A stretch of DNA of 62,413 nucleotides, the filler included, from Corallochytrium limacisporum Hawaii (taxonomy: Eukaryota > Protista > Pluriformea): the NCBI GenBank assembly GCA_002811645.1. It is 4 parts of 4 records of this genome, joined end to end, with 100 filler letters (N's around TTAATTAATTAA, not from the genome) between each part and the next. Parts side by side here need not be neighbours in the genome. Positions count along the whole stretch, not along the records: positions 11,628 to 36,574 come from PDIP01000137.1; positions 36,675 to 55,097 come from PDIP01000145.1; 2 more parts are not named here. The stretch is one strand, 5' to 3'. Shown piece by piece: positions 32,607 through 44,178 of the stretch (position 1 is its first letter; each line of letters starts with the position of its first letter). The notes under the pieces were generated by a model. The model was given only the letters and a program-made list of their open reading frames with translations, had not been told where the DNA came from and made no database searches. A program made the translations under genes and the position numbers.

Positions 32607-35600
32607 CACTTTACCCGTGCTTTCACTGCTCTCAACTGTTTCGCGCACACAATCTTTCCGCTCGTGTCGTCCCAGATAGATTTGTATTCACGTTACTTCA
32701 CTTTGAGTAAATCACACAGAGTGTACCCGTTTTCCAGGAGATACATTCATACACACAATTCATTCAGTCCAAAGGCCTGTGCTTGCTTCAATGAAGGTAG
32801 AGATCTTCAACTACCTGTTTGGCACATGACCTGCGCAAATCCAACCGTTGAAATTCTGGCGCGGTAACGTACTAATATTCTGTGAAGTCAGTGCCATGAG
32901 CAATGAGAGTTGCAGAAAATCCCCATTCACTGCTCACACAATTATGGTTGAAGACGTAAGAGAATTGAAAGGAAATCACTTCATCAGTGGTGGGTTTCTC
33001 AAAGGAAAAATGGTTTCTGGAATATCCACTAGAAATGGTTTGGGCGAGCCGGCTCCGCCGGCACCTTTCCCCATTTTTCTCCACTGCTTCCTCCATCACC
33101 CCTCGCGACAAAGCCATGTTTGACTCAAGGCTGCATACCAGTACATTTTCCGCGGTACCGGTTTTTATGTTTCGGGGGCAGTCTCTATGGGACGGGCAGA
33201 CACCTCCGAGCGCCTGGCCCAGCAAAGTATTTTTCTTCCCCTTTGCGCACATTGATTCACGTTCTCGCGGCTCACCACCTTGCCCTTCCCACTCCGTTGG
33301 GAGGGGGAGGGTGTGGAATCCTATGTGCGCATTTCCGTCAATCAGGTCCTCGTTCACCATCCCTGCCGACCGACAACCCACCACCACCACCAAGTTTAGA
33401 CACTTTAGTCAGTTCGCAAGCGCACCCCCTTGCTGAGGAGATTCTCCGCACCAGTGAACGAGAGGGGCACTGAAGCAGTCATGAATGATGTTTCTTGGAC
33501 AGTGTATGTTTCGATGGGAATGTTTTGAAGTGAGCACGATGTCTTATACAATTGAGCACGGTTCGACGTATCTCGGCCCTAATTTCCCTTGAAAACATCG
33601 TCACCGGGACGTTAAAAGACAGCCTCCTCTGAGATCTCCTTTACATTAGAAACATAGATCCTTTAGTTCATCTCTTATTTAAGAACTTTGAACAATATTT
33701 GCTTCACCTACGTGCTCAATGTTGGTTTTTTGTCATTCGGATTCTTGTCGTCCGCTGAAGTACTAAACATTACAACCTCCGAACTCCATCTTTAGAAATG
33801 CTGGGAGACGGCCATGTACCTCAGCAGGCCCTTCTCCGCGGACACATGCGCTGAATAGATTGGCGTGCCCTCTACTGCACGTTCAACCATGGCGGTCATC
33901 AACCACAAATGGTGAACGCCATATTAATGGACTGTGTTAAACTGTTGATGACCTTTTCATGGCTCATAGTTGCAAATAAGAGGTTCTGGAGCATCTGTAA
34001 GTCCATTTGATTTGTCAACACATGTGTGCTTTGGAGGTCTCAAAAGGGATGGAAACGGATCAGTCCAAGTGTGTCTGTTCCGAATCATTACACGCGGCTG
34101 AGCGAGTCACCGTCCTGCAAGGGGGAGAAAATGAGCGATGATTGGCTGTCGCCCTCCGTGTGCATACTGGCCCACCCATTGCTATGCTTGGGTCCCCACC
34201 GCCCGCCCCCTCCCGGGGCGGGGCCCCGCTCGCTCTCCTTCATTGCGACGTGGGTCGAGAGGGTGGGTGTGCAGACAGCAACGATACGAGAAAAGCCATC
34301 GTTCAATACAAAATAGACTGGACGAGTCTGGGCAAAGACGACCAGGCAGACGAAAAAGTTTGAGCAGGGAAGAAAAAATCTTCACAAACAAAAAGCCATC
34401 CGAACGAGAAAGTGTTCGCGGTCGAGGCTTTTGGAAACATTTCGCGTGCGATATCCCATACAAACTAGCGAGGGTCATGAGGAGAAGTGGGACAACAGAA
34501 AACAAAGAGACGTGTGTTGTGCCATTTTTTTTTCACTCGTCGACGCAACTTCTTAAATGCTGCATTGCCTTATCTGCCCGGCGATCGATCAAGGGATGAT
34601 GGTTCGAAGTGTACCAAGTACGGACCGTCATGGACAAATGCTACGCGGGCTGGTCAATTTATAGCCTGGGGTGTTCTGGCGTTCAGTTTTTCGGTCCGTC
34701 GCGATTTGTTCCCCCAGTCCCCCCCCTTTTCCCCACTTCAAAGGGCTGGGCTGGGTTCTCCAATTCGTCGCCCCCGGCAACACCATAGTGAACATACCGG
34801 ACCAATATAAATGGGCACGGATCCGTCGAACTTGGTGGGGGGGGGTAGGGTAGATGGACAGACGACGGTGTGGGACTCTGTGCAATTGTTCCTTCGATGA
34901 ATTTGGACGTTTCTGTGATGCTGCAAACACAATTCATATCATATTGTGACATGCTAGAGATAGAGAGCAGATGAGCATCTCGTTATCTATACCAAACCGG
35001 AAAGAATTCCGCAGAACCCACCTTCTATGATTCCACTGTGAATGGCCAGTCGTACGGTTTTGGCTCAACGGCAAGAGGAGTGGCAGCATTCCACATTTTT
35101 AAGGAGGTAGAATCAGCGATTCTATGTGCCATGGTCGATCGCGCAAGCTTGGCTGCTTAACCGTGTGAACCATATGGTGAACAAATAGACGTACTCGATG
35201 GCGGTTATGATGTTCGAAGTTTATCAGCCCATGGACAACGAAATTGATGCAACGGGCACACAATACATAGTTTCAGCACCTTGTTGAAACCCACATGCGC
35301 GTTGTCGCCGGTGGGAACGTTGTCTGCAATCGTGCATACTCCATGAATGTGCTGAGATAAGCCAATATTTTTTGAAACTCTTGGGTTGAGGCACGGCATT
35401 GTTGACGTAAAAGTGGTCCGCATTGTTATTGCGGTTGGATACCTTCGTTCGTGGATCGTCCCTACAAACCCGTCATACATATTTGCAGTCCTCTGCACCG
35501 TCTGCCCCTCTAACACTACCGCTATGGTGGATGACAACCAAGAATCGACTCCCATGTCCTTTTGAACTGCTTGTTCTCAGGACGAAGCCCAAGAAGGCGT

Positions 35601-36574
35601 GGGTGGAGGTACGACGGCGGACTATTCGAAGTGCAGACGGAGGTCAGTTCTCCCAGCATGAATCATCTTGATTATCTCGCGCTCTCTGGGTCCTGCTGCC
35701 GCCGGTTATTGTGGAGTTACTTCTGTGTGTAATTCCACATCTTTGTACCTCAGGACGGTCCAGCTCTCATTCTCTCCTAGGGAGCTCTTGTCCTGCAACT
35801 GTGATGGTCTTCCTACATCATTCAGCATCACAGGACAAACAGCATCAATTGTAAACCCTGTTTGAGAATGAGTAGGGTGAATGCCTGCTGCTAGGTATGG
35901 AAGTTCAAAGCAAAAGCGGAAGGAGGAAGGACCGATAGAGACGAAGAGACGGCACGGTCAACGTGCTGTCAATATTTCATTCACTTACAAACCGAAGAAG
36001 CAAGCTCTTTGGTGCTGTGGCAACCCCGCAAACACTTACATACCAAACAGTAAGAGTGACAGCTCTAGGAGGAAGGTCTTAAATGCTGTTGTATCCCCTA
36101 CTACAAGCATGCATGATAAACAGGCTGGATTTCCAGACACCTCGCATGGCCACAAAGGGAAGGAACTAGAGTGCCCATATTTGTCCGTCCACCAGTGTGC
36201 CCGGACGCCATAGACCATGTATTTCTATTGCGATGAATACGCTCCATAGTGTGTCCGTGTTTGCACCTTGCCGCTTCTGTTTACTGGCCATTGTTGCCAC
36301 TTGGCATGTGCACGACGCCACGGCGGAGACCCCTGTTCTGTGTCACTGAAACTTACGTAGCGTCATCTGCAAGCATTCTTCACTGAAAGAGAGTTGGCAG
36401 ACATACGGGGCCCTTTTCCATAGTGGTTGCCAACAACGCAACATTCCAATATGTGACGCCAACATTGGCTCAGAACAGCAAACACTTGCTGCAACCATGG
36501 GTTCTGAGGTCGCGGCCGTGGTAAACACCCCTTCGCCTTGGAGTTTTTCGTTGACATCAGAGCCTTTCCCCCCC

Positions 36575-36674
36575 NNNNNNNNNNNNNNNNNNNNNNNNNN
36601 NNNNNNNNNNNNNNNNNNTTAATTAATTAANNNNNNNNNNNNNNNNNNNNNNNNNNNNNNNNNNNNNNNNNNNN
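36575..36674. other. 100-nt assembly gap with artificial TTAATTAATTAA linker
   Basis: N44-TTAATTAATTAA-N44. Confidence 0.95.
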
Positions 36675-39600
36675 GGGAGAGTGAGGAGGAGTGTGTGTTC
36701 ATAGGAGGCATACGAAGCAGAGCATGACGTGCATCGATTCCCTACACACAGCATTATGGCCTTGATTTGCTCGTTGGCTGCTGGATCCGTTTTTGTCTAC
36801 GCTTACAATGCACACCATCTGCGCATCATTTGGCGATGCCTCCAACAAACACGACTTGCGTTGGAAATGGGTAAGGTAATATGCCAGTATTAGACTTCAG
36901 TGTTTCTAGATACCGTATTAACGACACACAAACTCTGTGTCACAGGCGATTGGTCTGCATCTCCTGGTGACCGGTTCGTGTATTCATTCATGTTGAAAGA
37001 CCACGGTTGCGGATGTACTGAAACTGTGAGAACGTCCTGCGCTTCGCATTCCGAGGTAGGATACGAGGTCCCCATGAAGCGGTGCATTCGAGCGTAGCCA
37101 ATGTCGAGCCCGGGTCGCTTAAACTAGCAAGAGAACTGACGGAGCACTGTGAACATTGGGTACCGCGAAAGCCTACGCATAGGAACGAAGAGTGCGACGA
37201 AAGAATCATTCGATTTCTCACGGATTCTTTCCTCTCCCTCCCGAGTACTACGCCGATCCGCCGCCCCAAGGGTTCATTGACGAAGGGCTAGGTCGGCCAT
37301 GTCCTGAGTCCTCTCACATGTTACCGAGAATGTTAACGGTACGAAAATACAGTGAACGGGACCGTCCACAGAATCGTCATTCGCGTGTGTACTCTGCAAG
37401 GGACTGTCACCCCCTTGCCTCAAAGTCTGCTCGAACACTATTCGATTCCTTCATTCACTTCGGGCACCAGTGTGTTTGTACAATAAGTGTCAAATTTGCG
37501 GGCTACGGCGACAGCTGTTGACCTCATCCACATGCCTGCGGTCCGCCTGTCGCGAACTCCATTGATCTCGTTTGATGGGATCCGCAATAATGGTCACTAC
37601 GCAGCTGGGAATATTTCGAGCTAGAGTAGCCCAACCCGCGGAGACGACACAACATCTGTTTCTGTTATGGCAGCACGATGGACTACATGGTTTACGTGCT
37701 CAAACTGCATCATTTTGGTAATCGTGGTGCGGACTTCCGAAACAGAAACTTTCAACTACCATGGGGGCCATAGTCTGTCCACAACGAACTCAAAAATCGA
37801 TAGCAACGTAAAGAAGGTCAATTCGCATCATGCTGGGGAGACTGAGCTAGTTCTGTTGACATGGTCCAGGTGTGCTTTGCCCAGACCGGAGCTCTTCTCT
37901 ACACTCCGCGGATTCTGCGCGTGTGGGGCAGCCGACCCCACTCTAGTGATGTCGCTTGTTTCAGATGCCCATACATTCGTGAAGGGAAGGGTAGATTGAA
38001 TCGGGTTAGAATGTGGATGTCCAAGACGACGGATCATACAAAACTCCAAGGGCAACGTCAATCCACATTGCACAAATGAGTGGACAATGAATCGTTGCCT
38101 CTGCCCAAGGCAGGGGTTTTTCACGATGGGAGAGCATACTATGGTACTGACAAGATTGTATGTTAACAGCGCAGAGATCTCTGGGATCGGAGCAAAGGAG
38201 ATGGGACCCAAAGAACACTATCATCCTCCTCTCTCACTTCTATGGATGTCAAACTATGCCTATCCATGTCCACCATCATGTAGGCCGACCTCCTGCAGGT
38301 GGTAGAGTTGGGTGGTTCCGGCTATATTCGCTCTCACATTCGAACTCCTGCCTTCCATTTGGAACGAGTCTGCTCTGCGGGTACTGTGTGTGCGAGGCAT
38401 CGCGGTTCGGAAAACAAAATTCGGCCACAGGTACGGAATCTCTTCCTCATGTTCGATCTCGGCCGTGCCCCTGGATGTGAGAAAAGCATCTCACCGGCAC
38501 TGGTGGGTGATCATTCCACTGATGAAGCCGACTGACTTTCTTACTGGCATCACAGGATCAAATGACCTTTACCGCTGCGGTCACACAATCACTGTTAAGA
38601 GGCGGACCAGCTCACCATGTGCACCGCCGGTCTTTATTCAAAGGGACCCAATTCAACACGTATGGACTCCACTCGCACCGAACATTGGGCCCTTTCCACG
38701 GGTTTCTTGGGTGGGCGAACGAACATTTTCTGCCGTGCAAGCTGGGGAATTCAAAAGGGCTTTGTCAGCTGGGGGGGGGGGCCCAGACAATGAAAACAGA
38801 TAGAATATGCACGCACCACGACACCAGAGAGCGGAGTGGAGGGCGAAGCCAAAAAAGAAACAAAACGTGCGGGTACTCCGGGCAGGAAGGGAACCGCAGA
38901 CCTAGCCGTTATTAACCATCGGACATCAGATTGCATTCTACTATCTAGTATCGCTCTGCTTGCTCAGCTTCGTTCGGTACACCATTACCCGTTGGAGTAG
39001 TGAACGTATGGCACAAACCTACTCTTCAACCGCATTCTCTCGTGAGTTGTGTTCTCTTGTACCTTACCGTGGGGTGCAGATTGTACGGCGACCGAAGGCG
39101 GCCGTTTCGCCCTTTGTCTAAAACAAGACACGCACCGATGAACAGACCACGGGGACTGGCTCCCACGGTCAATTAAACAACGTCCGTATAATTTAAAAGC
39201 ACCCTTTTCACTGGTGAATAGTGAATACTTGGCATCAGTAGCACCTTTATAAATAAGTAAGTATACTAAATTGGCGTCCGAACAAGTTCACCACTTTTTT
39301 AAGCGGATCACTCGCTATACTATCGTCACCGTACTGCGTGAATTGCTCGCCATGGTCGGTCTGGGCTGACGCGGCTTTCCATTCATGTGGATAAATCCTT
39401 GAGTGCCATTCCCTGCTGTGCACACATTAACGTTATCACAGATAGCTTAAATGACGAATACACATGTCCTTGCAACTGTTCTGTACTGCGTCAAACCGAC
39501 ATGCTGAGACTCGTGTTATGGAAGTGTGTGTGGCAGAACTCACCGGAGTGGCTCCATTCAGTAACATCTTGTACAGCTAATCAGCAACTACGATGCGTGG

Positions 39601-40398
39601 AACATTGGGTTGGTTAGTAGCAGCTGCCCGCGGTGTAGCAAGTAGATTCAACGACGTTGCGAAATTTGGTTCTGTACAGCGGTTCGTATTAGATGGTTAG
39701 ATAATTGAAGAAACGTGAGTTGATCACCTGCAGGCGTTTCTTGTCAAGTTCAGTGCCCATGATGAAGGTGTGTTGCTCTCAAACCAAACCTGGTTCCTCG
39801 GCAAGCGCCTTGATCGTGATCAGGTAATCGCCGGGTCATGGGCGAGATCAGGTCACGGCCGAGGGGAGTCTATTTCATAAATTTCGTGGATCCAGTTATG
39901 AGTATATTTAATTATGACTCTGGGCGTGTGTCAAGAAATAGGCCCCTGTTCATCATAGCTGAGGCGCCGGGCCTGAGGGGGGAAGGGCCGTCATGGCTCC
40001 TCCATCCCAGTGCGGCTCAGCATCCAACTGCGACGAGTAGAAACAGACCGAATCCGTGAGTGTCGACAAGATCGGGATGAGCAACTAAAATCGTGCTCCA
40101 GAATATGATCTCACAAGAACTTAATTGGCACCAGGCATGGAGGACCACCTGCGCCCGTCGCATCGCGATCACCCTTGCCTTTACTAGGCTGTAATATTCT
40201 CCAAGCGTTTCTTTCGAGGTCCACTGAGTTCCCGTCCGATTTCAATCGCCCCGAATGCTGACTGTGTCTTACATGACATCCCAAGCATCCACACAATCAC
40301 GGATACAAACCTAAATGCATTGTGTTTTAGTGTATGTAAAATATGTCAAAATGGAAGATTTAATTGATTACTGTAAACTTTGCTCGACCCTGAGCAAC

Positions 40399-41226
40399 TT
40401 ATGCGGGGGCAGGGAGGTCGTCGTTCTTGACGGTCTCGACCTTGTCGTCGCTGTGAGAGCGGCGGGCATTGGTCAGGGGCAGGACTTCCTCCTTGTCTTC
40501 CTCCTCCTCGGGCCACAGCATTACCTGTGGGATATAGGCCAGAGCACCACCGATCAGACCGCCCACGATGGGACCAATGACGAACACCCAGAAGTCATCA
40601 GTGAAGTCTTCAGCCACAACAGCGGAACCGAGAGAGCGAGCAGGGTTGATAGAGCAATTGTCAATGGGAATCATAACAAAGTGGGCAAGCATAACAGACA
40701 TACCGATGGCGAAGGGAGCCATGCCACCACCGACATTCTTGTTGAACTTTCCGTCGACAACAGTGGAGAATACGACGAAGACCAGCAGGGCAGTGAAGAA
40801 GACCTCACCCCAGAAAGCCTCATTGGCGGTGCTGGGATCAAAGACTTCGTTGATAGCGAAGTTGCCCTCACGCTCCTCGGGAGTGATACCGCGGACAATG
40901 CCGACACCGATGATAGCACCCAAGCACTGAGCGCAGATGTAAAAGATACCCGTCACAAGGTCAGTCTTGCCGAAGACCATGAGGGCGAAAGTGACAGCGG
41001 GGTTGATATGGCCACCGGAAATGTGGGCCGTGCCATAGACGATCACGGCAATGGCAAAACCGAACGACATAGAGATGGACAGGTAGCGGGCATCACCCAG
41101 CTCCTGAGTGAAGACGGTGCTGTTGAGAGCGGTACCAATGGTAATCAGCAGGAACAGCAGAGTACCCCAGAATTCGGCAAATGTGCCGATCAGGGACTTG
41201 CGCCAGCTCTTAGGGAAGAAAGCCAT
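40399..41226 (-). CDS. Aquaporin (MIP family, orthodox water-channel type)
   Basis: AEFWGT, ISGGHINPAVT, AQCLGA, SINPARSLG, WVFVIGPIVGG; strong codon bias; start at ATG 41226. Confidence 0.95.
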   Translation of the reverse strand: MAFFPKSWRKSLIGTFAEFWGTLLFLLITIGTALNSTVFTQELGDARYLSISMSFGFAIAVIVYGTAHISGGHINPAVTFALMVFGKTDLVTGIFYICAQCLGAIIGVGIVRGITPEEREGNFAINEVFDPSTANEAFWGEVFFTALLVFVVFSTVVDGKFNKNVGGGMAPFAIGMSVMLAHFVMIPIDNCSINPARSLGSAVVAEDFTDDFWVFVIGPIVGGLIGGALAYIPQVMLWPEEEEDKEEVLPLTNARRSHSDDKVETVKNDDLPAPA

Positions 41227-42112
41227 GGTGTTAGAACTAGTGAGATGTCTAAACAAATTGGAACTGTTTGTCTAGGCGATTTATCTTTAAGTCCGCATGG
41301 ATCAGTTGAGCAGCCTTAGGGGCTTAAATACCCTTCGCGTCATGCAGCCGTCGGCTGGTGACCCTTGCGGTGTTCCAGCAACCGCTCCGGTGTTGTTGTT
41401 TCCTTTCTTCTTCAAAAGGATACGATTCTCCGCGTTCGGCTTGGCCTCACTCCGTGGTACATATACACCGGCTGTGGACTGGAAGGAGTGGCGGAATCGG
41501 GATGCGTTTTGAACTGGCTATGGTATCTCCCGGTCCCCCCACCTCTCTCCCTTCGTTCACTGAAAGGGGAGGGGGGTAAAAGGGGGCGCCCATGTATGGT
41601 CTCTGGCGGCACCATCGAGAAAGAGTGGCCAAGAGATTTTGTAATTTTGCACCGAGAAGCAAGTCCCCCGCTGCCTGCCGGTCTGCCCACTGAACCAGTA
41701 CGAAGAAGAAAAGAACTCGTGCGGAGCTGCTGAGATACATAACCTGAAGCCATAAGAAGAGTGCCGCAGCACAGAAGAATGAAGCACGCACTGCCCGTCT
41801 CGCCTGCCCTAAATTAGAGAAGGGCCGGGACGGGAAATGCCACCCTCCCCCCCCCCTCTCCGCGTCGTCCCCCCTCTCCTGGGTGTCGATAACCTCACTT
41901 GCCAACTCCCTCTTCGTTCGTCGCTGCCTCGAATGGATCAGGACCGATATAGTGAAACTTCGTTCTTTTTTTCTTCGCGCGGAGTGCTGTCAGTGCATTG
42001 CCCGCACATCCCGAGCTAGGTTACAAGGCAAAGGCATCGTTGTGGAAAGCAAACACAAAACGCCACAGCGCACGAGAGGGCGTCAAGAATGGCCGACGGG
42101 GAAGAGGGAAGA

Positions 42113-42131
42113 GAGATGAGAGATGAGAGAT

Positions 42132-42170
<39 letters not shown>
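42113..42170. repeat. (GAGATGA)3 followed by an (AC)17 microsatellite
   Basis: Seen directly. Confidence 0.9.
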
Positions 42171-42174
<4 letters not shown>

Positions 42175-43500
42175 AATGAACAGAAGAGAGAGGGGAGAGG
42201 AGACCAAGTACAACCCCCCCCCCGGGGGGGCGCCGGGGGAGAGGGGGGAAAGGGCGGTTTTTCTTCTGTGAGCCCGTGTGTCTGACCTCTCTGCCTGTCC
42301 CGACCTCCCACCCAGCCACACAGGACATGGACCGCTCGAGACCAAGGATTGATAGGTCTCATGTCATCGAAGACAAGAATTTTTATTATGGATATACCAA
42401 GATTACATGTCCCATTTTATTAAATGCCCCGCCTCGCATCCATGGAACGGTGGGATGATGTCTGCCGCAAAAGAACAGCAAGGAACACTAGGCACCCAAA
42501 GGAAGAAAATGTCTCCCGCCCAAACCTGGAAAAGGAACTAGGGAACGGCAGGCGACGTCTACGCCTCCCCGGTTTCCCAGTTTCCTTCGTTTTCTGTGGA
42601 CCCAGCCTGGGCCAGTGGGTGCGCCAATGAAAACGGAAGGATCCGGTGTATTTACTACTGTGCCCAACGTACCGGAATTGGTCCGGCCAAAAGAAAAAAA
42701 TATGGGGAAGAGAGATCATAACACCCGAACCTGTCAGGGCGGATTTCATTTGGAGAGGAGGGGGGTGGGAGGCAGGGGAGAGAGGAATATCGTGCACAGC
42801 TATTAAAAAAGGTGAAGAAAAAACGAAAGAGAAAATTTGGAGGAAGGGAATTTATGATGGAACTACGTGTATATGTGATTTTTTTCTCAGTTTAAATGCA
42901 TTGGCTGCTTTACCCATTCACAATCACGGCCATTCTCCCTCTCCCATCACGATGAAATGCTAAAATCTATACACACACAGACACACAAACCACCTTACTC
43001 TTCATTATTGTTTCTAAAGATCCTAAGGATGAAAAAAACACTAAGATTATACTAGCTTACATCAATTCCACAGCTACAAGTTCACCAGATTCACTTATCT
43101 ACATTCTTTTGTAGACAACGATCGATCGTACCCCCCAGCCAGCCATACCCCCCCCCTCCCCGCGCCTGGCTGTTTACTTTCTATTCTGAAAACAAGGCAA
43201 AAATAACGAAGGACAAAACTTAGTTTCTGCGATTTCTTCGGCATCTGTGTTAAAAAAAATCGCGCGGGCCCAGACTTTTACTTAGCCCGGCGGCCCAGTC
43301 TCTGTGTGTGCGCCCGTACACATTTTGCTACTGTTTTCTGTGGTGCTTGCGAGAGAACCCCAAATTAGCAGTTAGGAACAATTGATCGGCCACCGCTCCT
43401 GCTCACTCAAAACCTTCCTCGATTTCCCCCCCCCTTCCCCCATTTCCGCCGCACCTTTGTGGTGTGTCAGAGTTTATTCTTTTCCCCTTTTTTTCTTTCT

Positions 43501-43573
43501 NNNNNNNNNNNNNNNNNNNNNNNNNNNNNNNNNNNNNNNNNNNNNNNNNNNNNNNNNNNNNNNNNNNNNNNNN
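43501..43573. other. Scaffold gap
   Basis: N run. Confidence 0.95.
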
Positions 43574-44162
43574 TGGGGTGTGTGTGCTGTTTCAACTCCC
43601 GTGAATTCAAAGTGTTCCTCGGTTTGACCGGCCCAGCTCCGTTATTGTACGACAATGGAGAAGAAATATGGATGAGACTTGGTGAAATACATTAGTCGCC
43701 AGTCGGTGTGGAAGGGTCCAGACAACCAAAAATGTCCCCTTGGATGGGTGCAAAATGAATGACATATTGAAATACCACCTCGTGGAGAGCGAAATTAGGA
43801 GAAGAACTCCGAAAGAGACAAACTGGAGGTTACTGAGCGTAGTCGATAGACACTCTCCCTTGACACAATGAATCATGGTCATCGGGAACCCAATAATAAA
43901 TATTAGGACAATTTGTAGGTTTGTTATCAAATGGCTCTTGTTGTTACACGTGAATCTATGGCCGCGGTGTGGAACGCGGCAGTGCTCCTAACGAACAAGA
44001 CACGAGGGAGTACCAGAAAGGGTCAAAAAAGAGAGGCCCGCCCATTAGGCCGCAGAACACGCACACTGTGAAAACTTGAAGATTTTTTGGCAAAGGGGGA
44101 GGCATGTAAGCGCTAACAAAAATTTGTTTCTGCTGTGCCAGCGAGCGTGAGCAACCCCCCCT

Positions 44163-44178
44163 CCTCCCCCGGGGGAGG
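44163..44178. repeat. 16-bp perfect palindrome CCTCCCCCGGGGGAGG
   Basis: Seen directly; belongs to the recurrent CnGn motif family. Confidence 0.85.

Noticed and set aside
39261-39280. TATACTAAATTGG resembling part of U6 snRNA
   Set aside because: No ACAGAGA box or downstream U6 core
40315-41319. 334-aa plus-strand ORF
   Set aside because: Antisense shadow of the codon-biased aquaporin; no motifs
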